The notes under the pieces were generated by a model. The model made no database searches, was not told the origin of the DNA, and saw only the letters and a program-made list of their open reading frames with translations. Shown here piece by piece: positions 1 to 12,949 of a DNA stretch of 64,000 nucleotides (its first letter is position 1; each line of letters opens with the position of its first letter). The stretch is from Sphyrna mokarran (lineage: Eukaryota), in the NCBI GenBank assembly GCA_024679065.1, contig JAGIQG010000013.1, forward strand, positions 25,916,001-25,980,000, in the 5' to 3' direction. A program made the translations under genes and the position numbers.

Positions 1-1348
1 GCTTAGCAGACGTCCCATCCAGACTGGGGGCTTATCTACTTCAGTTACTGCCAGTGGTCCTTGTACCTCTTCTTTAGATAGTTTTGTCTCATTGAACATC
101 CAAGCAACCTCCTCTATTCGCGTAGATTTGGCAAAGCTCTCTTTTTTGGTAATACTGATGCAAAATACTCATTTAATACTTCTGCTGCAACCTATCTACA
201 CAATAAGTTTCCATTTTGGTGCCAAATCAGCCTCATCACTTCAGTAAGGAACACTTTACTGTTAAAATCCCATAGAAGATCTTTGGATCTCCTTTTACTT
301 TAGCTTAAGGAATGAAATCCCTGTTAAAGGAGAAAATAGAAAAAACATTTAAACCATTAATTTTAAAAGGAAAGGTTTTACTAAACTAATCTCATTAAAT
401 TCTTTACAGTGACACAACCAGGTTAGGAATGAACTCACTCTACTCTTTGTCCCACTCTTGAGTGGGTTATAAACATTGTTTAAATTTAGAAATGAGGTGA
501 TACTATATTATCAATTCAATATATATTTAACTGTAGCTCAGTAAATGAAATAAAGCAATCAGATTCCTCGAATTAATTAATAAAAGTTAGTTTTATTACC
601 ACAATTCACTTGGGTGAAAAAACAAATTATTAACAAGAAGATTTAAAATATACAAACATGTCCAATTACCTACTAAGGCAAAAGCAACATTCTCATAAAC
701 TCCCAGTTATGCCCAAAATAGAGTATCAGATATTGCTGAAATAGCTATTTTTTTGTCAAAGTTTTTCACTGCAACATTTTTCAATAATACAAATCCAAGG
801 GAGACAACACATCTAAATTGTATGAGAAGAGAGTGCTGTTTGGCAGATGGAGTGACCTTTAAAATTTATGAAAGTCTCTGACAAAGTAAACATGGAGAAG
901 TTTTCCACTTGTGGGAAAGGGTAAAACTAGAGAGATCATCAATATGAGATTGACACCAGGAAAGAAAATAAGGAATTCAGAAGAAATCTCTTCGCTAGAG
1001 AATGGTGAGGATGTGGAACTTTTGCCATGAAGTGATTGAGGGTCGGTAGCTTTTTGTGGTGCCACTTGAATTCATGGAAGTTTAGCTACTTGAACAGGAT
1101 GTTTCCATTTGGCGTCTTCTTTGTTTTCACTAAGTGCCGAACCATGGGTTGTAACACATCTGTCTTTACTTGGCTTCTCGGACTTTAGGGGATATTTGTT
1201 GAAATGCATGAAGTGGCCATTAATATGAGTCGCTTCATATTTGTTGTGATTTTTACATTGCTTATGAACTTATTGGTGTTCATTAATGGATTGTCTGCAG
1301 ATCTAAAGAGATTTTTTGTTTAATTGTGAACTATGATTGCACATGCAG

Positions 1349-1544
1349 GGGAGGAAATATTGTGCTGCTGAGATTTCTGCTGTGCTTAAAGACAGCCACA
1401 GAAGATGCACTGGTGGCTGACTTGATGACGAACATCCTCAAAGTGTGTCCTGATTTATTGAACAGATTCTTCAAGGAAACACAGTATTCCTTTGTCCCTA
1501 GATCTAAGACAGTCTGGTTGGACAATATCAAACTACTTCGAAAG
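1349..1544 (+). CDS. URB1: URB1 exon (window exon 1)
   Basis: tgcag|G GGA GGA AAT ... CGA AAG|gtaggc; GGNIVLLRFLLCLKTATEDALVADLMTNILKVCPDLLNRFFKE...LLRK. Confidence 0.9.
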
Positions 1545-1791
1545 GTAGGCAGCAACTAACTTGCTTTCAGACTTGATGTTGATCATTATGTATTACAGTT
1601 GTAAGATATCAGTAAATTAATTCTGGAGCACGTATGAAATGTTGGTTAGCATAATCATCGAATTTCATAGTTGACCTTCATTTTTTGGTTATAACCTTTA
1701 GGTTGGAGAATGAAGTGTTAAATGTAAGATAATTGAATAATTGAGAAATTGATAAACAACCCCAAAGTAACTGCAAATCAAACAAGACTAG

Positions 1792-2382
1792 GAGCAAAAT
1801 CTTCTCAACAAATGGCTGTGTTATGAGAAAACTCATGTGTTTACTCCCGAAAGACTAGTCAGTCTTCTCTGCATATTCTATTACACTCTGACAACAAAAA
1901 TTAAGGGTCTGTCATGCCATATGGAGGGGGTTGGTGCTCAAACACGATGGCAAAACCTGATTACTTAGAGATCAGGACATCATCTTTAAAGGGGGCTTCC
2001 AGTCAGAACTCTGATATGGCTTCCTCAACCCCATCACTGATGCCTCAGAGGCTCCCCTCCCCTCCTACAATTGGGATGAACATTCCCTCGGAGTTCTATC
2101 CTCCATGCTCATCAGTCCCTTCTCTATTTGGCTCCATCCTCCAGTGTGATCATCAACCCCTTCTCTCCCCGCCACCCAGCCCCCAAATGATGTTGGCACC
2201 TTCTCTCTTTGCCACCACCTATTGCTTAATTAAACATTATGAGCATGAATCTGATGATATCACCGGCGAGGGGATGAAGAAAATCTGAAAGTGTGTTCTC
2301 ACTAGTGAAAACTGATACTTGTGGACCTTGAGTTCCCACCGGCAACCTCGCAGATGGCAAATGCAGGCTGAAGATTTTGTCT
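1792..2382. mobile_element. PIF/Harbinger-type MITE
   Basis: TIR gagcaaaatcttc / gaagattttgtct; 3-bp TSD tag. Confidence 0.6.
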
Positions 2383-3489
2383 TAGACTTAATTAACCTGT
2401 CTTACAAGGTCAGAGAATAAAATGCAAAGGCATTGAGCAATGAAGGACCCCTCTTTCAGCTTATAAGAAATCAGAAGATCTATCCTTCATTAAAACATAT
2501 AAATTTTTTATGTAGGTCTCAGATGAAAGGAAGCTGAAAGCTAATTGTTTAAAGGGCCATCAATTCTGAAAGAGGAGGGTTACAAAACTCCATAAGAGAT
2601 ATAAATTAGTTATATAAGTTACATATCAAAAAGTTAATATTGTAGGTAAAATGATTTATTTACATTTTTTTTGAGAATATCACAAAGCATGCCACATTGC
2701 TACGGAGATGGACCACAGTGGAAGGTTCATTTGTTTAATTTAGCTGGGTGTTTCTCACAGAAGGCAGTTTTGGTTTGATAAGGCTGCAACTCTATGAGCC
2801 AAAGAAGATGGATGTTAGTTGTACCTGCTCTGCAGTTAAAGCAGAAAAAACACTATTCCTATCGCTCATTGCACGCAATTCAGGTGGTGGCAGCAGGGGC
2901 CTGGGCTCAGTGTGGAATTTGTAAGGGGAGGAAGAAATTGGAAGATTTGCCTAGTTTGATGCTAGAGGAAGAAACCTACAGTGGTCTTCACAGAGCCTTG
3001 TTGACAGAAAGCATTTTGCAGAGATGGTGCAAGGTGGTGAATAAGTAGTTAGGTAGAATAGGTAGTCAGCAACCAGACTAAGGAACCGGCAACTTTGAGG
3101 CCTTAAAGGAAAATGACAGAGCTTAGCCATAAAATGAAAGAAAAGATCCACATAAAATCTTACCACAAAACATAGCAGGAACATTGAGGAGAATTAAAGT
3201 GAATTCCAGAGAATTGTGGCATTCCTTTGGGTTGGTCCTTGAAGTCATGAATGAAGTTTTCAGAGTCTTGTAATATAAATGGCACTCCAAGGACAAATAA
3301 AAAAGAGATACTTGTTTATAGCATAAGTCTTTGTAAGTTATAGTATTAAGTGATCGGTACTTCCTTTAATTGTTTCATTCCTCTTTATATAGAGAGAAGT
3401 TTGTTTTAATTTAAAAAATGAAATATTTTGCCATAGCCTCTTGTAGTGGATCAGTGGGTGTTCAGATTTCTCTTAACGTTAACAAACCT

Positions 3490-3678
3490 TCCTGTGCCTG
3501 CGTGGGTTTCTTCCAGGTGCTCCAGTTTCCTCCCACAGTCCAGAGATGTACAGTTTAGGTAGATTGGCCATGCTAAATTCTCCTTCAGTGTGCCAGAGTG
3601 TGGCGACGAGAGAATTTTCACAGTAACTTCACTGCAGTATAAATGTAAGCTTACTTGTGACTAATAAATAAACTTTAA
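3490..3678 (+). mobile_element. V-SINE, 5'-truncated, tail A
   Basis: V core and tail A as at 17824. Confidence 0.8.
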
Positions 3679-5396
3679 CTCAAGGGAAAATTTCAGTTTA
3701 ATTACTTCAGAAAATATCCCTGCAAAAGAACAGTTTAAAACACTGATGCTATGTCCATTAATTAATGCAATGAATTTATTTTAATTGGTTTCAATGGAAT
3801 CAGTTAACTTGGGACTATGGGTTTGATGCATTAACAGCGCAACTGTTTGAAATATAAACAGGAAATGCTGGACGTTCAGTAGGTCAGGCGTTATCTGTAA
3901 AGAAAGCAGGATTTTTAGTAAGAAAACAAAAATGCTGTGCATTTAATTGATTTGTACTCAATAAATTTGGAAATGTCTGGTAATGACAGTTTGGTAATGG
4001 TAACAAAACTGCTGGTGTACGTCACCATTGCTGCGCTAAAACTGACAGCAATTTCTAAGCTTGCACGTGTTAAGAATGATGCGGAAATCCAGAAGTTGCG
4101 GTCTGTGACTTCGGTTTACTGTTGAGACACTACCAGAAAATATCAACGGGAAAACTACAATTTGACAAAAACATGCACTTTTAATTACTCTTTTTAATAA
4201 ATGCACTGTTGGCCTTGAAGTAAAAATCCTTGAAAGAGGCCAGTAAAATCTTTTTTTTCTCATCATTTATCTTTATTTCAATTTCTATGCTAATCCAATC
4301 ATAATTTACTTTGCTGTCCGAAATTTTAAATTGCAAGTAAAGGAAGTTGGGCATCTTTAACTTGCTGTTGGCTATGTGCAATTATTTCAATATGTATGAT
4401 TCATTCCCTGCTTGCTGACATCTCTGCTATTTCACACCAAGACAATCCCCTTGACTTGCCCCCAGATTTGAACTGCCATAAGGAAAGGAGAAAGCCACAC
4501 TGAAAAGATTGCTGGATTTTTGTGGGCAGCTTTCTTCAAGGTCAGCAGCAAGCACCCATGCTTCACCACTGACTGCAAAATCAGAGCTGGCACATAGGTT
4601 GAGATTGATGTCCCACTCAATCTTTTGCATGGTCCCTGTCCTGCCCGCTATGATTCCCATGGCAGGCGGGACCAGAAACTTACATCGACAGGGAGAAAAG
4701 CAAAACATTCTAAAATCAGTTTGAAGATAATTCACCATCTGGTCCACAGCTGAGCAAGATGGTATTCACAAGCACAAATTTGTAGTATAATTGCAACTGA
4801 GGAATGTTTTCTTTCAAGATCTGTCAAAATCAGAAATAGTTTGTTAGTGCACAGAAATACCTTCAAGCTGGATTAAAACAGAACCACTGTATGTATGGGA
4901 TGAAGGGAATTCTGCAAAGCAGATACTCTCCCAGAAAGCTCTTCTGAAACAAAATCTTTCTTTTGGTGTGCATGCGTATGTGTTTGTGAAGGCCCTCACT
5001 TCTTTTGCGATAACTTATGTACAGTCTGAGTAGGGACTTTTGAGTTACTGTGCAGCCAAGCAGCCTTGAGGAAACATTGCTGAAAACTGCAGCCTTTAGT
5101 TTGCCAACTTCAAACCAGCACATTCGTACTATCTCAGATTTGATTTATTCACACTTAGTGTTAGCAATAACAGGAAAACAATTTGCCAAGCAAACTTGTG
5201 ATAATAATAAATTCTTTGTATTTTTAATCTTTACATTATGGTATTTGTTTAAAATTAAACTGAGAATAGACAGTGAATAGAGTAAATATTTAAGCTTTTA
5301 TTAAAGATACCTGAATAAGAAATAATTTTCGAAGTGAAAGCTGGATCGTGCATGCTCTTCATAATTTTTTGTTTGTACTTTCAACTTCTATTCTAG

Positions 5397-5534
5397 ATTT
5401 ACGAAGCTCAGCCAGAGATTTCTAAGGCCTTCAGGACAAAAGAGTTCATTCCAATCCCCCGTCTCCTCTCGATGGTGATGGTCACAACATTACCTCCAGT
5501 GGCTACTAAAATCATGTTTACTCAAGGAATCAGT
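5397..5534 (+). CDS. URB1: URB1 exon 2
   Basis: ttctag|ATT TAC GAA...ATC AGT|gtaaga; IYEAQPEISKAFRTKEFIPIPRLLSMVMVTTLPPVATKIMFTQGIS. Confidence 0.92.
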
Positions 5535-7295
5535 GTAAGAAAAAATATATTTAATTTTTATTTGATTCTTAAAATTAAAATTAAAGCCATGTTTACTCAG
5601 TGAATCAGTGTAAATAAAAATTTACTAATTATTGTTTCTTAAAATCAAAATTATTTAGAATATACAAAACATTTGTCAGCAGGAAAGTAAATTACTGCAC
5701 ACTGTACAATCAATTTTACTGTTGATCTGTCTAATATGATTCCTTTCTTGTATCAGGAGCCAGAAAATGCAATATGGTACATAGTAAAACATAGGACTGG
5801 TGTGCATCTGAGGAAATGGTGGGGGTAGTGGTATTGTCACTGGACTATTAATCTAGTGACCTAGTGTAAAGCTCTGGACATCTGAATTTGAATGGTGAAA
5901 TTTAAATTTAATAAAAATCTGGAATTAAAGGGCTAATGAAGCTATTGCCGATTGTCATAAAAACCCATCTGGTTCACTAATGTACCTTAGGGAAGGAAAT
6001 CTGCCATTGTCATCCAGTCTGCTCTACTATATGTGTCTCCAGATCCACAGCAACCTCTGAAATGGCAGCGCAAAGGCAATTAGACATAGTTAATAAATTC
6101 TGCCAAGGCATGAATGATTAAAAAAAATCTCAAAAACAATGGCTTATCAATTGCCTGAACTGCCATACAAGTACGAGAAGGTACAATATATCAGAGAAAA
6201 TAGAAAATTTGGCCATTTATATCCAGAACTGCATCCAGGTGAACTGGATTTGAATCAGCTACTGGTGTAAATTTGAGTAAGTTTGTTTGTGTTCAGTGCA
6301 GGCATTGATACAAAATTTTTAACTTGCAGTATTTTTAATCCATACTTATCACAAAGTTAAGTTAGTTAACAAGTGCTGAAGGTGGTCTCAGGTAATTTGC
6401 ACAAAACAGATTACTTGCAAGGGAGATTTTGGGCTAATTCCCTGTCACAAGGCCAAGTGATGGGCAGGTACAATATGCCAAAAGTGTCTTTCTAGACAGA
6501 GCTGTGACTCATCCAGCGTTTCAGACTTTAAAGTTGCCGACTTTTACTCGAAGCACAAATGTACCTATTGGCAGGACTTTTTATTCAGAAAAAGATGGGG
6601 ACCTTGCTGCATGATTGCTGAGGTCAAGGATACTAATGCTGAAGTATCCAGTGAAGGAACTGGGATATCCAGCTGCTCACCTATTTACTGCTAAAGCCTA
6701 CGTGCTCTGAATCCCACTGCCCACTTTTTTGGGTTCCCCTGTGCCTGGAAATGCCCATGTTGTTCTTATTCAACTCCACAAGCAAAATCTTGGATTGTAA
6801 GAGGAGGCAGCGTCTACGATGGGTCTTTGGCCTTCTTTCCTGATCTTTGCACCTGTGGGAATTGGCATTTCCTGTTGCAAAAGTAAGGAACATTGATTCT
6901 TTAATTTTTTGGGCCATATAACAATGCTGAGAACATAAGCAGAAGTAAATTATTCTCCTACTGCAATTCGAGCTGCTGAATTCCAGAATACTGAAGTGCA
7001 TAGCTATAAAATAAAGTAAGGTTTTGTGTAATAATGAAGGGATTTTATTTTAACTGTCCAGTTTTCTCTTCTTAAAAAAAAGAGACATAGTAATAATTTC
7101 CATCAAGTGTCTTTATATCTAAGAATCACATGCAAAATGTAACTCTCTTTCTGATTTTGATACACTTACTGTCTCAGTCATGTTCAGCTTTTATTTTTAA
7201 CTTTTAAAAATCACAATAGAGACTATTTTCTTATCAGTCTCATAATGTCACACATAGAAAAGTAAATTTAGTGAATTGTCTCTTTTTATTTTCAG

Positions 7296-7469
7296 TTTAC
7301 AAATAAGATCGTCCAACACACTACCTTTTCCTTGCTTGCATATTTTATGAAGAGGGCTCTGAAGAACATTGAACATTGCCTAAATGAGGAAGTGTGGCAA
7401 AACTCTGAGATTTACAATCCCAGTACAATGAAGGACTTTGCACAGCAGTACAGCGAGACCTTCAGCAAG
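7296..7469 (+). CDS. URB1: URB1 exon 3
   Basis: tttcag|TTT ACA...AGC AAG|gtactt; FTNKIVQHTTFSLLAYFMKRALKNIEHCLNEEVWQ...ETFSK. Confidence 0.92.
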
Positions 7470-7954
7470 GTACTTAGGACCGATGTCATGTCAAGAAACT
7501 TGTTTTTGAAATTCGCTGTTTGTTCATTGAGTAAAGAGTGAATCTGAAGTCTCTGTTTTCTTTTTCAGAGGTTCATTTCAAAAACACCAGAGTACTAGCA
7601 AATGATCTTTTTTCCTCCCACACCCTGGTGTAAACCAGTTCTTACAAACTTAAAAATAATTGCCTAATCTTTCCCCAATTAATAATAGCTGTTCTCACCT
7701 ACAAACTAATATGTGTACTTCGTTGTAAAAGGACTCCAATGTTAATAAGTTACACTGGACAAACTGCTTTTGGCTGGTTCAGATTTTGGTTACAATTTGT
7801 ACTTATGTGGCACCTTCAATGTGGAAAATACATCAGTACGCTTCACGTAGATGTAAAGTAACAGCATGCTTCACTAATTTTATATTCTATTCCTTTAGCA
7901 ATAACTGTCAAGATTCCATTTGCTTTCCTTATTTTCTGCTGTTTCCTTATTACC

Positions 7955-8995
7955 TGCATACTACTTAGTTTTCTGTGGTTCGTGCATAAGGTCACCCAGA
8001 TTCCTTTGCACCAAAGCATTATGAAGCTTTTCTCCATTTAGATAATAATTTGCCTTTCTATTTTTTTGACCAAAATGGATAACCTCGCACTTATCTACAT
8101 TAAACTCTATCTGACAAACTTTAGCCCATTTACCTAACCTGTCCATATCCATTTATGAATGTATTTTCTCTGCATTGAAACATACAGAAGTTTCTCTTCA
8201 TTTAGACAATTTGCTTGTGCATTTTTCCATTTGCCATTTTTGCATGCCATTTACTTAACATATCCATATCCATTGTAGATTACTTATTTCATCATCGCAA
8301 CTTACTATCCCACCTATTTTAGTGTCGTCTGCAAATTTGGCCATGGTACCTATTATCACTGCATCCAAGTCATTAATATAGATCTAAAGAGGTGGAACCC
8401 GAGATTGAACCCTGCGACACGGCACTGCACTAGTCCCATCTTATCAACCAGAAAAATTTATTTATTAGTGACACAAGTAGGCTTACTGCATGAAAATTAC
8501 TGTGAAAATTTCCTAGTCACCACACTCCAGCACCTATTTGAAGGGAGAATATTTTTCACGTGACCAATGAGAAAGATTTATTTATCCTGACTTTCTGTTG
8601 GTTGGCCAGTCCTCTATCCATGCTAATAAATTACCCTTAATACCTTGTGAGGTAAAATAAAAGCAAAATACTGCAAATATTGGAATCTGAAACAAAAACA
8701 GAAAATGCTGGAAAATCTCAGCACATCTGTCAGCGTTTGTGGAGAGAATAGAGCCAATGTTTTGAACCTAAGTCATCCTTTGTCAGAGTTGATAAAGCTC
8801 TGATGAAGGACCATCTAGCCTCAAAACTTTGATGCTATTCTCTCTACACACATGCTGACAGACATGCTAAGATTTTAAAGCATCTTTTGTTTTTGCCCCA
8901 TGTGAACTAACCTTGTGAGTTAACTTTTGTGTGACACTTTATTGAATGCCTTCTGGAAGTCCAGACATAAATCATCTACAGGCTTCCCATTAGCA
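7955..8995 (-). mobile_element. Degraded CR1 fragment with nested SINE tail and palindromic insertions
   Basis: QIEFNVDKCEVIHFG, FADD-like gtcgtctgcaaattt, DFQKAF remnant at 8940-8965. Confidence 0.75.
8655..8896. mobile_element. Palindromic Penelope-derived element with decayed hammerhead cores in both arms
   Basis: Arms at about 8692-8788 and 8798-8895 are inverted repeats; ctgatgaagg...ctcaaaac on + and ctgacaaagg...ttcaaaac on -. Related fragments at about 3855-3905, 31810-31990, 42685-42820, 48400-48520 and 61797-61890. Confidence 0.7.
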
Positions 8996-9370
8996 AGAAG
9001 TGAAATAATTTGGGATGTATGTAAATAAGATGCATTCTATTAGGAGGGGGGAATGAAAGTTACTAATTAGCATAAATGATAATATTTAAACATTTTTAAA
9101 ATTGAATAGGTAATGATCAAAATAATCTAATATTCACTTCCATAATTATCACCAAAAATTTATATTCACATCAATTTACAGTATTATAGTTTACACCCTG
9201 TCAAATCATTCTAATCCTTTAGGATTAAAGTTGTCGCATGGCTGATACAGTGGTTAGCATTGCTGCCTCAGCACCAGAGACCAAAGTTCGATTCCCGGTT
9301 TGGGTCACTACCTGTGTGGAGTTTGCATATTCTCCCTGTGCCTGTGTGGTTTTCGTCTGGGTGTCCTGGT

Positions 9371-10097
9371 CTTGTCTACCTAATACGTTGCAAGAAAGGA
9401 TGTCCCGAAGCATGGTACATTGGGGAGACCATGCAGACACTACGACAGCGGATGAATGAGCATCGCTCAACAATCACCAGGCAAAACAGTTCCCTTCCTG
9501 TGGGCGAACACTTCAGCAGTCATGGGCATTCGGCCTCCGACCTGCGGGTAAATGTTCTTCAAGGGGGCCTTCGTGACACACGACAGCGCAGAGTCGCTGA
9601 GCAGAGACTGATAGCCAAGTTCCGCACACATGAGGACGGTCTTAATAGAGATCTTGGCTTCATGACACACTATCTGTAACCCCCGTAACTTGCCTGGGTT
9701 AGCAAAAAACCTCACTTACTGTGCTGTCTGGAGAAAATACACAATTCTCTAACCAATGCTCAGGATTCCCTTCACACACATTGTTAGCCACTTTAACACT
9801 TGAATAGCAGGTTAGATGTAAGGATTCGCATTCTAATCAGCAATCTGTGACTGTCTGTGTTGATATGTGTGCGATTGCAGACCAGAACACTGCGTTTGCC
9901 TGACGAAGGCACAAGAGTGTCGAAACTTACATTAAGACTGCAATGATGTTACCGTGAAAATCCCTTAGTTGTCGAACTCCAGCGCCTGCTTTACTCGCAG
10001 ATTTACTATCAAATAAATCGGTTGGATTTAAAATTGGTGTTGCTAAATTCTTACAGAGTTCTTACCACCCCAATCCAACACTGGCATCTCTACATCA
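9371..10097 (+). mobile_element. Penelope-like element 3' fragment (GIY-YIG C-terminus + 3' pLTR) inserted into a V-SINE
   Basis: VYLIRC...WYIGET...LRQRMNEH...VGEHF...GH...AEQRLI...GLN is a GIY-YIG endonuclease; TSD tgtcctggt/tgttctggt at 9362-9370 and 10098-10106. Confidence 0.88.
9900..9926 (+). ncRNA. Minimal hammerhead ribozyme core in the Penelope pLTR (3' side disrupted)
   Basis: CUGACGA-A, stem II GGCAC/GUGUC with an AAGA loop, then GAAAC. Confidence 0.6.
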
Positions 10098-10410
10098 TGT
10101 TCTGGTTTCCTCCAGTGATTTGCAGATTAGATACATTGGCCATGCTGAATCCTCCCTCAGTGTATCCAAGCAGGCACCGGAGTTCGACAACTAAGGGATT
10201 TTCACGGTAACGTCATTGCAGTCTTAATGTAAGTTTAATTGTGACTAATAAATAAACTACTCCACAAGAATATTAGGTCAAATTCAATAATAATTTCCCT
10301 CAGTAAAATCCAGATTTACAGAAGATATTTTAATAATCCTTATGTCTGCAGAAATACTTTTTGGAATGCCTACTATTCTGTGACACCAGTGTGCTTTTTT
10401 TTTGACACAG

Positions 10411-10573
10411 CATTTGCCAGACATGAATAGCATTGTAGCTACATGGCAATCCCTTTTAAAAGCTGAAAGAAAAGAGGAAGATGAGAAAGGGGAACAGGGG
10501 GATGAGAAAAACACAAAAAGCACCGCTGCATCAGAGGAAGCAAATGAGATATCGGATTTTACAGAGCATCATG
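10411..10573 (+). CDS. URB1: URB1 exon 4
   Basis: acacag|CAT TTG CCA GAC...CAT G|gtaggt; HLPDMNSIVATWQSLLK plus an acidic/charged linker. Confidence 0.9.
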
Positions 10574-10774
10574 GTAGGTTTTTTTTTCAGAGGGGAAGGG
10601 TGGGGAAGTTGCTTGCATGGTTTAAATTACAAAAGTTAATATTTTGCAGACAAAGTAACAGCATGTGAATGATGCACATTGTTAACATGCAAATAGGCCA
10701 GCAACTTATAATGAGAAAGACAATCCATAATTGCAAGTCACCCAAGCTTGCAGGATGACTTGTTCCACTCACAT

Positions 10775-11090
10775 ATGAAACAGAAGCAGGAGTAGGTCAC
10801 CAAGCCCCTCGAGCCTGCCCCACCATTTAGTATGACCATGGCTGATCGATGCTGCCTTCAAATCCTTTTCTACAGCATTTCCCCATTACCCTCTCTATCT
10901 TGATCAATCAAATGTTTACCTACCTTCATTTCTAATACTATAATACATCTAATGACCCAGCCTTCACCACCCTTTGAGGTAGAGAATTCCAGAGATTCAT
11001 CACACTTTGCGAGAAGAAATTTCCACCCACTTCAATTTTAAATGATCTTCTCTTTTTCTTGTAGCTATGTCCCCGTATTTGAGTCTGCCG
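10775..11090 (-). mobile_element. CR1 LINE 3' end (old)
   Basis: gcaggagtaggtcaccaagcccctcgagcctgc terminal motif; agagaattccagagattca (WNSL). Confidence 0.7.
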
Positions 11091-12497
11091 TTAACTTTAA
11101 GAAAATGGTCATTAACCTCCCCATGTTGCTTCATTTCACATTAATTAACCAATGAGTTTACCACATTAAGGTTAGCTTAGTAATTGATCATTTTAAGAGC
11201 CCTTTAACAGTGTGACAACTGGTAATGATTGTCAGAAAGGGAACAATAAAAGTATGGATTATCATTCCTTCAGTTAGTGAATTGTTCAGATTTTTATTTA
11301 AATGTCAGATTTTAAAATTAAAAGGAATCTTATCTCCATTCTTTCTCTTAAACCAGTCTTTCCCTGTTGTTTTTTCTCTTTCTGTAGCTGATTTGATTTG
11401 CCTTGAATTCACCCAACCAAGTTTGCCCTCCTGTTTTTCTTGATCCTTAAATCTCATTGATATGAGAGATATACCCTTGACCCAGCTGTGCAACTGATGA
11501 TCTTGGTGTATCATTATCCACCCTTCTAACTATTTCTAAAGCCAAAAGATTTCCAACTAAAGGCTCAGGTGAATGTCTCACTGGACATACCTGAGTTGTC
11601 CAGCAATGTTTGACCCAATACATAGTAAATATGTTGAAAGCAAAAAATAGGTTCTTAACACTTCTGGTAGAAATAATAGATGACAGGGCCAAAAACTGTT
11701 TGTCATTCATATTGTCTTTAGCAAAATGGTCTCTAAGTATGGTTTGTTCCTTGCTGAGCTACTATAATTCAATTTTGTCACTGTCCAAGCTCCCACTGCT
11801 TGAATTGCTCCCACTATGGGTCCACTACCACTGTGGGGACCAAAAACAAGAACCCCCTTCCACTACTGCAAGCCAATTCAGGCTGGGAAATAAATTTGTC
11901 CTAGTTAATCTCACTGTCATTTCACAAACAATTCAAAAATCATCATTGGACATTGCAAAATTGTGGGTGATCAACAAAGTGCAAGATATATGGTTCAAAG
12001 TCAGGTGGAAAAGGGAGCAAGTATGTTTAAAAATAACTGGCAAGTTTAACATAACACTGAAATGATTTTTTTCTTTGTAGTTACATATACATTTCCTAGT
12101 AAATTATTTCAATGAGAAATAAAACCAAATCCGATGGTGAATTGTGCACATTCCGCAAGTTAATACAAGTGAGTGGATAATGTTGAGGTACTTGTAGTTG
12201 AATATGTGATAGCATTACTCAGTTTCTTTCACTATCTCACCTCATTAATCTTATCATCAAAGTTATGACTCTTGCTTTGAATTATTCCATCATTGTTAAC
12301 ATGTGTTAAACAATTGTGACCAATGCTCAGTACCTGACAGCAGTAGTCAAATAGTTGAGAGCGACAAAACTTTACAAGCCTCAAGCTTTTATTTTTACAA
12401 TTACAAACCTTTGATTTTTTTTTAAATTGATCCTTTAATTAAAGTTTTTAAGCACTTTTGGTCATATTGAACATGCAATCTGTGCATTAATTTTAAA

Positions 12498-12755
12498 AAG
12501 TTTATGAGTCATAAGTAAGGCTTACATTAACACTGCAGTAAAGCCACTGTGAAATTCCCGTAGCCGCCACATTCCAGCGCCTGTACAGGTCAGTGCATCT
12601 AATCAGCGCATTTTTCAGATTGTGGGAGGAAACCAGAGCATCTGGAGGAAACCCACACAGAAATGGGGAAAATGTGCAAACTCCACATAGAAAGTGACCC
12701 AAACCGAAAATTGAGTGATTAGCACAATACTAATCACTGTGCTACCATGCCACCA
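12498..12755 (-). mobile_element. V-SINE, tail A
   Basis: tgtgggaggaaaccagagcatctggaggaaaccc core on the opposite strand. Confidence 0.8.
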
Positions 12756-12826
12756 TTAATTAATTAATTACATTGCATTAATATAATTTATCTTAGTAAA
12801 GTCAGATTTCCTATCTTCTCCTCTAG

Positions 12827-12949
12827 GTGAAGATGATGCTGAGACCACTGTTTTGAAGGCAGTTGTGCTTGAGGTTATGTGCCTTTACCAGAAAGTGGTC
12901 CCTCACCTGGTTTCACAGTGTACATTTGATTTTAGTAAATTACTTAAAG
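12827..12949 (+). CDS. URB1: URB1 exon 5
   Basis: ctctag|GT GAA GAT...AAA G|gtatgt; EDDAETTVLKAVVLEVMCLYQKVVPHLVSQCTFDFSKLLK. Confidence 0.93.

Larger units (their letters stand above)
9237..10258 (+). mobile_element. V-SINE, tail A, interrupted by a Penelope element
   Basis: Head at 9237-9370; the body resumes at 10098. Confidence 0.8.

Noticed and set aside
2398-3484. Possible solo LTR (TGT...ACA, AT-rich 3' end)
   Set aside because: No TSD, primer-binding site or second copy could be confirmed.
9260-9679. 139-aa ORF as a novel gene
   Set aside because: It is a chance fusion of a SINE head with the Penelope GIY-YIG C-terminus across the insertion junction.
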